Origin: an uncultured Leptospirales bacterium
GTDB lineage: Bacteria > Spirochaetota > UBA4802 > UBA5550
DNA length: 64,000 nt
Assembly: GCA_964423905.1 (NCBI GenBank)
Contig: CAYRGX010000004.1
Coordinates: 49,319-113,318 of the forward strand
Reading direction: 5' to 3'
Under the pieces are notes generated by a model, which was not told the origin of the DNA, searched no databases, and worked only from the letters and a program-made list of their open reading frames with translations. A program made the position numbers and the translations under genes. Positions 19,449-29,478 of the stretch are shown in pieces; position 1 is the first letter of the stretch, and each line of letters begins with the position of its first letter.

Positions 19449-20234
19449 TCACTTCAATCGCGCCAGGTAATTGATCATGACCGTCCTGGCCGAAGGCCGG
19501 TCGAAGGTGTTGTCGCCGTAGCTCGTCAGGCATTCGAACCCCTCCTCCCCCAGTATCCCCTCGATCATGTCAGGGGGATATACTTTCTGGCGGTGGATTT
19601 CCCTGAACCGCGCGTCGCGCATGTCGATGTCGAAACACGAGGTGATGATCCGCTCGCGGGAATCGTAGCTGTTGGTCCATACCACGCGCGCGTCCGCAAT
19701 TCGAAAGGTGCTCCTCTTCCTGTTGAAATTGGCCCTGACATTGTACTCGGTGGTGATATCGAAAAGGAAAAGCCCCCGGGGATGGAGGATATCCTTCACG
19801 CACCTGAACAACGACCGCACCCTGTCTTCCCCGAGAAGATAGTTGACGGTATCGTGGATGCAGTATACAAACTCGGCGCGGCAGGCAAGGGTAAAGTCGG
19901 TGATATCGGCGCAGCACAGGTGCATCCCGCTCCCTCCCCTGGCGCGCGCGACGGACAGCATTTCCAGGGAATGGTCGATACCGAGTACGGTATGACCGTC
20001 CCTCGAGAACCTTGAGGCAAAGAGCCCGGTCCCGCACCCGAGTTCGGCGACCAGCCCCGAACCGCTGGTGTGGAGGAGCATCAGCGTTCGCAGGTAGGCA
20101 TACCAGTAATCATAGTTCACGTGGCCGAGCAGGCGATCGTACATCGGGGCGATGACACTGTACGGGGGGGATATGATCCCGTCGTTGGAAAGTGCAATCC
20201 GGTTCAGCGTTCCTCCCGCCGGGCCACCGGTCAA
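19449..20234 (-). CDS. class I SAM-dependent methyltransferase
   Basis: Motif I LVAELGCGTGLF; adjacent to and operonic with flanking minus-strand genes. Confidence 0.8.
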   Translation of the reverse strand: MTGGPAGGTLNRIALSNDGIISPPYSVIAPMYDRLLGHVNYDYWYAYLRTLMLLHTSGSGLVAELGCGTGLFASRFSRDGHTVLGIDHSLEMLSVARARGGSGMHLCCADITDFTLACRAEFVYCIHDTVNYLLGEDRVRSLFRCVKDILHPRGLFLFDITTEYNVRANFNRKRSTFRIADARVVWTNSYDSRERIITSCFDIDMRDARFREIHRQKVYPPDMIEGILGEEGFECLTSYGDNTFDRPSARTVMINYLARLK

Positions 20235-20572
20235 TTTTTAAAGATAAAATAGACCGAACCGAGAAGGCAAAGGCAGGCCCACAGGTAATTGAGCCTCAAC
20301 GGCTGGCGCATGTACAGCAGTATAAACGGCACGAACACGGACAGGGCGATGACCTCCTGCATGATCTTGAGCTGGGGAAGTGAAAGCTCGGTGCTGCCGA
20401 TCCGGTTCGCGGGAACCTGTATGAGATACTCGAACAGGGCAATCCCCCAGCTGGCAATCGCGGCAATATACCATTTCCTGTCTGAGAGGTTCTTGAGATG
20501 CGAATACCACGCGAACGTCATGAATATATTCGAAAGAGACAGGAGAATTGCGGTTTTAACAATAACGGGCAT
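20231..20572 (-). CDS. small DMT-superfamily-like 4-TM membrane protein (DUF486-like)
   Basis: 113 aa, four hydrophobic helices; 4-bp overlap with downstream methyltransferase. Confidence 0.6.
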   Translation of the reverse strand: MPVIVKTAILLSLSNIFMTFAWYSHLKNLSDRKWYIAAIASWGIALFEYLIQVPANRIGSTELSLPQLKIMQEVIALSVFVPFILLYMRQPLRLNYLWACLCLLGSVYFIFKN

Positions 20573-20657
20573 GTTCCTTCACCGGCTTTTGAGACTGTGT
20601 AAACGGGTCCATTGCAGTCACACGCACAAGGATGTCAATAACAATCGGCCTTACTTC

Positions 20658-21029
20658 CTACCGGATCACGACGCTCTTTCTGTCGATAACATGGTACGGT
20701 CGCGCGGGGAAATCGGCGTGGAGACGTACCTCGTATTTGCCCGGCTTCATGTTTTTCGGGAGAGATATGTCCGCGCGCCCGGCGTTATTCGGGACAGCCT
20801 GCCAGATCCCCCATTCGTAATCAGGCGCGCCCGCCGGTACGATCGTGATCCAGTACTGGGACTGCTCGGTGCGTTTCAACGCCGCGGAAAATTGAACCGG
20901 GATCGCGGCGGCGGTTTTGTCATATTCGCGTGCATCGACGCGCAGCCGGGGGATCTGCTTTTCGCATCCCGCAGCCACGGCTATCACCAGGGCGACGACA
21001 ATGATCGTGTGAACCTTGCCAAAATTCAT
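20658..21029 (-). CDS. hypothetical lipoprotein
   Basis: Signal peptide plus lipobox VAAGC. Confidence 0.55.
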   Translation of the reverse strand: MNFGKVHTIIVVALVIAVAAGCEKQIPRLRVDAREYDKTAAAIPVQFSAALKRTEQSQYWITIVPAGAPDYEWGIWQAVPNNAGRADISLPKNMKPGKYEVRLHADFPARPYHVIDRKSVVIR

Positions 21030-21314
21030 ACGCTCTTTTTCTCACCCGGCGCCCACACCGTCAAGTATTTTCACCGCTTCCCCGTACGTCGTCACGAAAG
21101 GCATCCAGTGCATCAAACACCATGTATGCGATTCCATTCGCAGGGCACAGGTTATAAAAAACACACAGGCATAATGGCCCACGCTCCCATCTGCCGACCG
21201 CAACAGGCCGCCAGACGCGGTGAAAAAATTGTATTGACACGCTTTTGCTCCCTCCCTAGATGAATTCATCCGCCCTTGCAATGCGGCAATCACGTCTCAA
21301 CGGGAAACAGCACC

Positions 21315-23960
21315 ATGGAACTTCCATCTTCTTACGATCCACAATCAGTCGAGGAAAAATGGTACCGCGTCTGGGAGGAGAAGGGCTGTTTTCACGCGGT
21401 TGAAAACGACGAAAAGGACTCGTACTGCATCGTCATCCCTCCGCCAAACGTTACCGGGAACCTCCACATGGGGCATGCCCTGAACAACACCCTCCAGGAC
21501 ATTCTCACGCGCTGGCAGCGAATGTGCGGCAAGTCGGCGCTGTGGATGCCGGGCATGGACCACGCCGGGATCGCGACGCAGAACGTGGTTGAGCGCCTGC
21601 TCGCCAAAGAGGGAAAGACCAAGTACGATCTGGGCCGCGAAGAATTCGTGAAACGGGTCTGGGAATGGAAGGAACATTCGGGCGGTCTCATCCAGGGACA
21701 GCTGAAGCGCCTCGGGTGTTCGCTCGACTGGGTGCGGGAACGTTTCACCCTGGACGAGGGCCTCTCGCGAGCGGTGCACCGCGTTTTCGTGACCCTGTAC
21801 AGGGACGGCCTGATCTACCAGGGATACCGCATCATCAACTGGTGCCCCCGCTGTGAAACCGCCCTCTCCGATATCGAAACCGAGTACCACGAGCTCGAGG
21901 GAAACCTCTGGCACATACAATATCCCCTCGCCGACGGGAGCGGCCATATCGTCGTCGCCACCACTCGCCCCGAAACCATGCTCGGCGACACCGGCGTCGC
22001 GGTAAACCCCGGCGACGAGCGCTATATTCCCCTCCACGGCACCATGGTAGTGCTGCCGCTCATGAACAGGAAAATCCCCATCTTCGCCGACGATTTCGTG
22101 GACAGGGAATTCGGCACGGGGCTCGTGAAGGTGACGCCCGCCCACGATCCCAACGACTTCGACATGGGAAAACGCCACGGCCTTGAGGAAATCAATATCC
22201 TCGATAAAAACGGCATAATAAACGAGAACGGCGGACCCTATCAGGGGCTTGACCGGTTCGAGGCGCGGAAAAGGGTCGTGGAAGACCTTGAGAAGCTCGG
22301 GCTCCTTGTGAAAATCGAGAAGCACGTCCACTCTGTCGGTCACTGTTACCGCTGCCAGACCATCATCGAACCGTATCTTTCGAAGCAGTGGTTCGTCAAG
22401 ATCAAGCCACTCGCGGAAGAAGCCATCCGCGTGGTGAAGGAAAAGCGCATAACCTTCGTCCCCGCGAACTGGGAAAAGACCTACTTCGAATGGATGAACA
22501 ACATACGTGACTGGTGCATATCGCGCCAGCTGTGGTGGGGGCACCGCATCCCCGCGTTTTACTGCGACGAGTGCGGGCACATCACCGTCGCGGACACCGA
22601 CCCCTCGGCATGCGAAAAGTGCGGCTCGACCCGCATTCGCCAGGACGAAGACGTCCTTGACACCTGGTTCTCGTCGGGGCTGTGGCCCTTCTCGACCCTC
22701 GGGTGGCCGGACGAAACCGGGGCGCTGAAGAAGTATTACCCGACGAGCGTGCTCGTGACCGGCTTCGACATCATCTTTTTCTGGGTTGCGCGTATGATCA
22801 TGATGGGCTGCCGCTTCATGGGCGACGTTCCTTTCAGGGAGGTCTATATCCACGCACTGGTGAGGGACGAGCACGGACACAAGATGAGCAAATCCAGGGG
22901 CAACGTCATCGATCCAATCATCATGATGGAGCGCTACGGCACCGACGCCTTCCGCTTCACCCTGGCGATGCTGGCGGCGCAGGGAAGGGACATCATTCTG
23001 TCTGAAAAAAGGATCGAGGGCTACCGCGCCTTCTCGAACAAGATCTGGAACACCGCCCGGTATATCCTCATGAATCTCGGCGACGATTTTGCGCCACGGC
23101 GCATTGACATCGCCGAGCTCGAGCCGTTCGACCGCTGGATACTCCATCGCCTCAACGAGACGATCTCAGGGGTTAATACGGCCCTGGTCGAATACCGGTT
23201 CAACGAGGCCGCGCACGCGCTGTACGATTTCTGGTGGCATGAGCTCTGCGACTGGTACCTCGAGCTGACCAAACAGCGCGTCTATGCCAAAGAGTCCTCC
23301 ATGGCCGCGTCCTCGAACGCGGCGCGGCAGGTCCTCTACCATGTCATGAAGACCTGCCTCCAGCTGCTGCATCCTTTCATGCCGTATATTACCGAAGAAA
23401 TATGGGGCAGGATATCTCGCCAGGAAGAAGGCATGATCATCATGTCAAGATGGCCCGAAATCAACGGCGAGTACCGCTTTCCCCGCGAAGACACCGAGGC
23501 AAGGCTCTTCCAGGATATCGTCTACAAAATCCGGAACATCCGGGGCGAGATGAACATACCGCCCGACCGCCGCGCCAGGGTCATATGCAAGACCGCCTCG
23601 GATACCGCGCGCATGGTGCTCGAGCGGGAAAACGTGCACCTGACGGCGCTGGCCCGCCTGGAATCGATCGTCGTCGATCAATCGTACGTGCCGGAGAAGA
23701 CCGACGCGTCGGCCGCCCTTCCCGAGATGGAGCTGTATCTTCCCCTGAAAGGGCTCATTGATATCGACAAGGAGCGCGCGCGCCTGGAAAAAGAGCGGGA
23801 AAAACTCAAAGCCGACATCCAGAGGATTGACGCCAAGCTCGGGAACGAGAGCTTCACGGGAAAGGCCCCCGTGGACATCATCGAGAGGGAAAAAGCGCGG
23901 CACGCGGAGCTGTCCGAGCTGCTTGCGAAGGTGGAAAAGAGCCTGGAAAAACTGGCCTGA
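21315..23960 (+). CDS. valS: valine--tRNA ligase
   Basis: HMGH and KMSKS class I motifs; C-terminal coiled coil; ATG 21315 (MELPSSYDP). Track start 21276 is unlikely. Confidence 0.95.
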   Translation: MELPSSYDPQSVEEKWYRVWEEKGCFHAVENDEKDSYCIVIPPPNVTGNLHMGHALNNTLQDILTRWQRMCGKSALWMPGMDHAGIATQNVVERLLAKEGKTKYDLGREEFVKRVWEWKEHSGGLIQGQLKRLGCSLDWVRERFTLDEGLSRAVHRVFVTLYRDGLIYQGYRIINWCPRCETALSDIETEYHELEGNLWHIQYPLADGSGHIVVATTRPETMLGDTGVAVNPGDERYIPLHGTMVVLPLMNRKIPIFADDFVDREFGTGLVKVTPAHDPNDFDMGKRHGLEEINILDKNGIINENGGPYQGLDRFEARKRVVEDLEKLGLLVKIEKHVHSVGHCYRCQTIIEPYLSKQWFVKIKPLAEEAIRVVKEKRITFVPANWEKTYFEWMNNIRDWCISRQLWWGHRIPAFYCDECGHITVADTDPSACEKCGSTRIRQDEDVLDTWFSSGLWPFSTLGWPDETGALKKYYPTSVLVTGFDIIFFWVARMIMMGCRFMGDVPFREVYIHALVRDEHGHKMSKSRGNVIDPIIMMERYGTDAFRFTLAMLAAQGRDIILSEKRIEGYRAFSNKIWNTARYILMNLGDDFAPRRIDIAELEPFDRWILHRLNETISGVNTALVEYRFNEAAHALYDFWWHELCDWYLELTKQRVYAKESSMAASSNAARQVLYHVMKTCLQLLHPFMPYITEEIWGRISRQEEGMIIMSRWPEINGEYRFPREDTEARLFQDIVYKIRNIRGEMNIPPDRRARVICKTASDTARMVLERENVHLTALARLESIVVDQSYVPEKTDASAALPEMELYLPLKGLIDIDKERARLEKEREKLKADIQRIDAKLGNESFTGKAPVDIIEREKARHAELSELLAKVEKSLEKLA

Positions 23961-23989
23961 GAAACCATTCAGGGGTCAACGCCGCCACA

Positions 23990-24319
23990 TCATTCATCGT
24001 CTTCGTTGCCGAACGGCCATTCGTCGTCGGGAACGTTCGGATTCTCACGCTCCTGTTCATCGATATCGCTGTTTTTCCATTCCTCGGGCCGATCGGCATC
24101 ATCCGGTCCGTCTCCCCCGCAGATCGCCATGCAGTTCGCGGCCACTTCCTCGCATCGTTTCAGGCAATGGGTGTTGTCGGCAGCCATGACCATGCAGCGA
24201 TTCGTGCAATTCTCGTACTCGTGCTTGCATTTCGCCCGGCATTCGGAGCTGTCGGCAAGAATGAGCGTCGCCGTACACAACAGTGAGATGAGCATCATGA
24301 CCGAAAGGATTTGTTTCAT
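23990..24319 (-). CDS. secreted Cys-rich mini-protein (tandem C-x3-C-x6-C-x3-C modules, acidic tail)
   Basis: Signal peptide MKQILSVMMLISLLCTATLILA; AAGAGG SD; CRAKCKHEYENCTNRC and CLKRCEEVAANCMAIC. Confidence 0.55.
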   Translation of the reverse strand: MKQILSVMMLISLLCTATLILADSSECRAKCKHEYENCTNRCMVMAADNTHCLKRCEEVAANCMAICGGDGPDDADRPEEWKNSDIDEQERENPNVPDDEWPFGNEDDE

Positions 24320-24487
24320 TTGCGACCTCTTGTGTGCATTACGGATTGAACATATAACGCGGCAGGCACCTGAGCAAGTCAAATTTTAAGGAAATTGTCC
24401 GCATCGCCCTGGCACGGCAAAAAAGGCTTGATCGGCCCCGGCCCATCGCTTAGTTTTTCCGCATCATTTTCAATGAAGGGATATACC

Positions 24488-24985
24488 ATGTCAGAACTGC
24501 AGAACAAGCCGCCAACGATTTCCGATCAGGGCATTGACCCGGAACAGGAAAAACGCATCCGGGAAAAGCTTGGACGTGAGAACAATTTCAAGTCCGGGGC
24601 AAACTGGTTTTACTGGATCGCCGGCCTGTCGGTCATCAACTCGATAGTCTATGTCACTGGAGGATCGCTTTCCTTTGTCATCGGGCTGGGGGCCACCCAG
24701 CTGGTCGACGTCATCGTCCGGCAGATGATCGGCGCGAACTCGGCCCCGATATCCCTGGCGATAGACATTTTCATCGCGGGGATATTCGTGTTCTTCGGCG
24801 TTTTCAGCAACAAGGGAAGGCAGTGGGCCTTCATCGCGGGCATGGTATTGTACACGATAGACGGTCTGCTTTTCGTGTATGTAAAGGATTTTTTCGGGAT
24901 CGGCTTTCATCTGTTCGCCCTTTTCTTCATTTTCAACGGCTACAGGGCCCTGAACAAGCAAGCCGCGGAAGAATCGGGAAAGTAA
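24488..24985 (+). CDS. hypothetical 4-TM membrane protein
   Basis: GAAGGGA SD before ATG 24488; four hydrophobic helices. Divergent from the Cys-rich gene. Confidence 0.55.
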   Translation: MSELQNKPPTISDQGIDPEQEKRIREKLGRENNFKSGANWFYWIAGLSVINSIVYVTGGSLSFVIGLGATQLVDVIVRQMIGANSAPISLAIDIFIAGIFVFFGVFSNKGRQWAFIAGMVLYTIDGLLFVYVKDFFGIGFHLFALFFIFNGYRALNKQAAEESGK

Positions 24986-24995
24986 CTGCGCAGTC

Positions 24996-25463
24996 CTAGG
25001 ATCTTTTCTGCAGGCATTCCAGGCGGAACCGGCGACGGTCGATCGCTTCCCGGTTGCGCCTCAGCTCGTCCTCGGTTTCGAACGCGATGGGAGGGATGTT
25101 CGAGGGGTTTCCCTTCGCGTCGAGTGCGACAAAGGTCAGGTACGCGGTGGCGGTATGACGCACCTCTCCGGTGATGAAATTCTCAGCCTCGACGCGAACG
25201 CCCACCTCCATCGAGGTACGGCCGAGCATGTTGATGCTCGAAGCGATCCTAAGGAGATCGCCAACGTACACGGGGCTGTGGAAATCGAGCCTGTCGATCG
25301 ACGCGGTCACGCAGTTCGTACCGGTGTGCCTCACGGCCGCGATCGAGGCCGTGTTATCGATAAGCTTCATTATGGTCCCGCCGTGCACGTTGCCCGCGAG
25401 ATTCGCATCCTGATGCGTCATCTGCTGCACCACCGTAACGGTACTCTGTCGAACGGTTTTCAT
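24996..25463 (-). CDS. acyl-CoA thioesterase (hotdog fold, YciA-like)
   Basis: QQMTHQDANLAGNVHGGTIMKLIDNTA hotdog thioesterase motif. Confidence 0.8.
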   Translation of the reverse strand: MKTVRQSTVTVVQQMTHQDANLAGNVHGGTIMKLIDNTASIAAVRHTGTNCVTASIDRLDFHSPVYVGDLLRIASSINMLGRTSMEVGVRVEAENFITGEVRHTATAYLTFVALDAKGNPSNIPPIAFETEDELRRNREAIDRRRFRLECLQKRS

Positions 25464-25473
25464 ACCAGCCTCC

Positions 25474-26445
25474 TCATCGGCAGCATTCACCCGATACGGT
25501 ACTGCATATGCGGCGGGTCTCAACCTGCAACGCGGTGTGCCGTATGCCGAATTCATTCTCGAGCATTGCGTTCACTTCCCTTATGAGGCCATCCGTATCC
25601 GTGTTTTCATCTGTCGGCGCAAGGCATATATGGCACGAAAGGAAGACCTCCGTTGAATTGATCGACCACACATGGAGCCCGTGCACTTCCGCGACCCGGT
25701 CGAATCCGGCGATCCTTTCGTAGACCCGCGAGGTCGCAATGTGCGCCGGCGCTCCCTGCATAAATATGCGTACCGATTCGGCAATCACGTTGAAGGAACT
25801 CCAGAATATCATCACCGCGATCACCGCACTCACGGCGAGGTCGATGCGCACCTCGCCGGTAAATCGTATCACCACCGCCGCCGCGATGACCGCGACCGAC
25901 GAGAGGGCGTCATACAGTACGTGGAGGAATGCCGCCCTCGTGTTGAGGCTTTCTTTTCTGGTCGCGTGCAGAATAATGGCCGAAAACGCGTTCCCCGCGA
26001 GGCCCAGAACCGCGATCGGCAGCATAATCGAAAAAGAGATCTGTTGCGGGTTGCCGAGTCGCTCGATGGCCTCGTATAGTATGTACACGCCGATGGCGAA
26101 AAGGCTCAACGCATTGACGAGGGCGGTCATCACCTCGAATCGCTTGTAACCGAAGGTGTAGGTGCCCGTCGGGGTCTGCCTGGATATTCTTTCCCCCGCA
26201 TAACCCAGGGAAAGGGATATGGTGTCGGTGAGATTGTGGCCCGCATCGGATATGAGGGAGAGGCTGCCGGAGAACACCCCGCCAATGTATTCCGCCGCCG
26301 TTATGATCGCATTCACCGCGATAACAACCGCGAGACGACCTCCCGCGCCGCCCCCTTCCTCATGATGATGTTCGTGCATGCCCGTACTATCCTTGTGGAA
26401 AGGACCTTTTTGCAAGTTTTTTTTCTTCATCCGGTATCTACCCAC
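25474..26445 (-). CDS. cation diffusion facilitator (CDF) family metal efflux transporter
   Basis: His-rich N-terminus HEHHHEE; 6 TM; SLISDAGHNLTD CDF signature. GTG start with AAGGAA SD. Confidence 0.85.
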   Translation of the reverse strand: MGRYRMKKKNLQKGPFHKDSTGMHEHHHEEGGGAGGRLAVVIAVNAIITAAEYIGGVFSGSLSLISDAGHNLTDTISLSLGYAGERISRQTPTGTYTFGYKRFEVMTALVNALSLFAIGVYILYEAIERLGNPQQISFSIMLPIAVLGLAGNAFSAIILHATRKESLNTRAAFLHVLYDALSSVAVIAAAVVIRFTGEVRIDLAVSAVIAVMIFWSSFNVIAESVRIFMQGAPAHIATSRVYERIAGFDRVAEVHGLHVWSINSTEVFLSCHICLAPTDENTDTDGLIREVNAMLENEFGIRHTALQVETRRICSTVSGECCR

Positions 26446-26489
26446 CTAAATTCCTTGAAATGACTCAATGCTGATCGTACAGTGACCAG

Positions 26490-27695
26490 ATGGCACCCAT
26501 CACTCACCTGTCCGGATGGACGATCAAAGCGATCATTGCGGCAGCGCTCCTAATGGCATGCATCTCTGCCTCCCACGCGAAAAACGGCATCGCGGTGGTC
26601 AAAAACAGATATGACAATGTGGAGCTGGTTCTCGACAACTACCGGATCGAATATGAGGTAATCAAGCTTGTCGACCTGGAAAAGGCCGAACTCATGAAGC
26701 AATACCGCGCCATATATCTGCCGAGCGGCGTTGACAGCTCCATCGAATCGAGCATTAATGTGCTCGCGCGGAGTTCGCGTATCGAATCCGTGAGTCTCAA
26801 ATCGGATTACCAGGAAGCCGACCAGAAAAAAATCGCCGAAAACCTGCGTACATTCGTAGAGAAGGGCGGCGCGGTATATGCATCCGGCTATTCGTACAAA
26901 TACCTGCAAGGCGCCTTCAATTCCTTCAGGTTTTATGAGGATTTTCCATTCATCGGGATGTCCGACCGCATTGTGGCGACGCTGTACGGTGACCTTCTCA
27001 ACTTCAACATCGATTCCAGGTTCGCGATGTATTTCAATTATCCGGGATGGATAGTCATCAAGTCGGCCAGGGACGCCGAGGTTCTCGCAAAAGCCTCCAC
27101 GGATACCGCGCGCGGCAAGCGCGACACGGTGGTGACCGCTTTTCTGAGAAGGGGCGCCGGCGTGGCCCTGTATACCTGCTACGACAGCACCGTCCACAGT
27201 GAATTCCGCCGTTACAACATCTACCGCATCGCCGGCGCTCAGCTCATCGACAGCACGGTCAAACTCGCGGAAGGCAAATGGGGCCAGAAGGCAAGCACCC
27301 GTCTGTGCGATGCCGTTCATAACGGGGAGCCGACCAGAATCTATGCCATCAACCTTTCTTCCGGAACCAACACCGTGTATTTTAAAGCCCGGGGGGGGTC
27401 CTACCAGATAGATATTCTCGACGAGAACCGCGCACTTCTCGTCTCGACGGATATCCAGGACCGCGAGCAGATCATCGATATTCCCGAAGGGGCGAAAGAC
27501 TACTGTTACGTGAAGATATATCCCTCATCCGAATCCCGCTACGATCTCTTCGCGATCGTCTCGGCGCACGGAATACGATCGTTTCCGTATTTTTTCAGGA
27601 CAGTGCTGATCGGGGGAATCATCATCGTACTCGCCATCGCAATAACGGTGCGGCTGCTGTTTTTCGGCAAAAGATATTCCGGCCGTTTCAGATGA
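26490..27695 (+). CDS. hypothetical exported protein with C-terminal TM anchor (N-domain loosely GATase1/ThuA-like)
   Basis: Signal peptide; C-terminal hydrophobic helix; no firm motif. Confidence 0.5.
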   Translation: MAPITHLSGWTIKAIIAAALLMACISASHAKNGIAVVKNRYDNVELVLDNYRIEYEVIKLVDLEKAELMKQYRAIYLPSGVDSSIESSINVLARSSRIESVSLKSDYQEADQKKIAENLRTFVEKGGAVYASGYSYKYLQGAFNSFRFYEDFPFIGMSDRIVATLYGDLLNFNIDSRFAMYFNYPGWIVIKSARDAEVLAKASTDTARGKRDTVVTAFLRRGAGVALYTCYDSTVHSEFRRYNIYRIAGAQLIDSTVKLAEGKWGQKASTRLCDAVHNGEPTRIYAINLSSGTNTVYFKARGGSYQIDILDENRALLVSTDIQDREQIIDIPEGAKDYCYVKIYPSSESRYDLFAIVSAHGIRSFPYFFRTVLIGGIIIVLAIAITVRLLFFGKRYSGRFR

Positions 27696-27821
27696 AGGGA
27701 TTGACGTTCGGAAACGGAATCGGGCCTAATGGCTCCGTTTGCGTCCCGTGCGAAAAGAAAAAAACTTGCCTTTTATGATCGCCTGTGACACACGATAAGC
27801 AGTGACGAGGTTGTACGAATC

Positions 27822-28583
27822 ATGGGAAAAGTGATCTCAATTTCAAACCAGAAAGGCGGGGTCGGCAAAACCACCACCACCGTGAACCTGGCCGCCTATC
27901 TCGCAGAAAGAGGAAACCGCGTTCTCATCATTGATATCGACCCGCAGGCCAACGCAGGATACGGCATCGGCATCAACGCAGAGGAGCTGCCTTCAACGAT
28001 TTATGAGGTGCTGATCAGGACCATTCCCCTGCAGGACGCGATATTCAAGACGGACATTCCCAACCTCTATCTGGTGCCGTCGAACATCCACCTTGCGGGC
28101 GCGCAGGTCGACCTTCTGGACATTGAAAACAAGGAATTCATCCTGCGCAACTGCCTGACCGATGTACGCAACGAATACGATTTTATCCTCATCGACTGTC
28201 CCCCGTCCCTCGGCATATTGACGCTGAACAGCCTCGTCGCCGCGGATTCCGTGCTCATTCCGCTCCAGTGCGAATATTATGCCCTGGAGGGAATCAGCCA
28301 GCTTCTCAGGATAATCGTCATGGTCCAGGAAAACCTCAACCGGGGGTTGGCCATCGAAGGCGTGCTCCTGACCATGTATGACACCCGGACCAACCTTTCC
28401 CAGCAGGTTGTTTCAGACGTACGCGATTACTTCGGTGACAAGGTGTATAAGACCATCATCCCGAGAAACGTACGCCTGTCGGAAGCGCCATCGTTCGGAA
28501 AACCCATTAATCTTTACGACCGTCACAGCACGGGAGGCGCGACCTACGAAAAGCTCGCCCAGGAGGTCCTGACCAATGGCTAA
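27822..28583 (+). CDS. parA: chromosome partitioning ATPase ParA/Soj
   Basis: Deviant Walker A NQKGGVGKTTT. Confidence 0.95.
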   Translation: MGKVISISNQKGGVGKTTTTVNLAAYLAERGNRVLIIDIDPQANAGYGIGINAEELPSTIYEVLIRTIPLQDAIFKTDIPNLYLVPSNIHLAGAQVDLLDIENKEFILRNCLTDVRNEYDFILIDCPPSLGILTLNSLVAADSVLIPLQCEYYALEGISQLLRIIVMVQENLNRGLAIEGVLLTMYDTRTNLSQQVVSDVRDYFGDKVYKTIIPRNVRLSEAPSFGKPINLYDRHSTGGATYEKLAQEVLTNG

Positions 28584-29448
28584 AAAGGTGCTCGGCAAGG
28601 GGCTCTCGGCAATCATATCCTCTTCCACGAAACCGGTGGAAGAACTCGAAAAGGGCATCGCGCAAACACCACATGCCATCCTTGAACTCGATGTGGATGC
28701 CATTGAACCGAACCCCGACCAGCCGAGGAAGCAGTTCCACGATAGTGAAATTCGAGGCCTTGCCGAATCCATCAAGGCGGTGGGCCTGATACAGCCGATA
28801 TTGGTACGAAAGGAAGATTCGCGCTTTTACGTCGTGGCGGGTGAACGCAGGCTGCGGGCGGTCAAATCCGCGGGCTTGCGCAACATCAAGGCGATCCTGA
28901 TCGAGGCGGACGAGGTCAGAAACCTCACCATGGCCCTCATCGAAAACATTCAGCGGGCCGACCTCGACGCGATCGAGGAAGCGAAGGCGTACCAGGTGCT
29001 CGTGAACCGGTTCAAATTGCGACAGCAGGACATTGCCGAACAGGTCGGCAAGGATCGTGCAACCATCGCCAACGCCCTCAGGCTTCTGAACCTGCCGGAT
29101 GAAATCCAGGAAGCCATAACCGATAACACCATCAGTGCCGGGCATGCGAAAGCCCTGCTGTCCCTTCCCGAGGAAAAACAGCTTGAACTGTTTCGAAAAA
29201 TAAGGGAAAAAGGCCTGTCGGTCAGGGCGCTTGAAAAACTCGTTCAGGAAGAAAACGAAAACACTTCCGGGGGAACGGCACGCACCGCAGCCCAGAAAAA
29301 AGACGCCCATATCCGAAAAATGGAAGAAGAACTTGTATCGCTGCTCGGTACGAAAGTGGAGATCCGCCATTCGGGAGCAAAGGGTAAGATAGAGATCAGC
29401 TATTATTCCCTTGAAGATTTCGACCGGATCATTGAACTTATAAGATGA
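28576..29448 (+). CDS. parB: chromosome partitioning protein ParB/Spo0J
   Basis: ParB box GLIQPILVR..., VVAGERRLRA, HTH region. Overlaps parA by 8 bp. Confidence 0.95.
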   Translation: MAKKVLGKGLSAIISSSTKPVEELEKGIAQTPHAILELDVDAIEPNPDQPRKQFHDSEIRGLAESIKAVGLIQPILVRKEDSRFYVVAGERRLRAVKSAGLRNIKAILIEADEVRNLTMALIENIQRADLDAIEEAKAYQVLVNRFKLRQQDIAEQVGKDRATIANALRLLNLPDEIQEAITDNTISAGHAKALLSLPEEKQLELFRKIREKGLSVRALEKLVQEENENTSGGTARTAAQKKDAHIRKMEEELVSLLGTKVEIRHSGAKGKIEISYYSLEDFDRIIELIR

Positions 29449-29478
29449 ACCCATATTTCGCCATGTGAGGTATTCTCG

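Noticed and set aside
20992-21314. T-box or other riboswitch leader before valS
   Set aside because: Leader after the candidate TTGACA promoter is only ~55 nt and lacks T-box specifier or antiterminator features.
21345-23147. 600-aa minus-strand ORF inside valS
   Set aside because: Lies fully inside a canonical ValS reading frame with class I synthetase motifs. It is an antisense shadow with low-complexity R/G/P/D-rich translation.
24395-24430. Possible sigma54 promoter at TGGCACGGCAA (~24402-24412)
   Set aside because: The GC dinucleotide is not at the required 10-bp spacing from GG; does not fit TGGCAC-N5-TTGCA.
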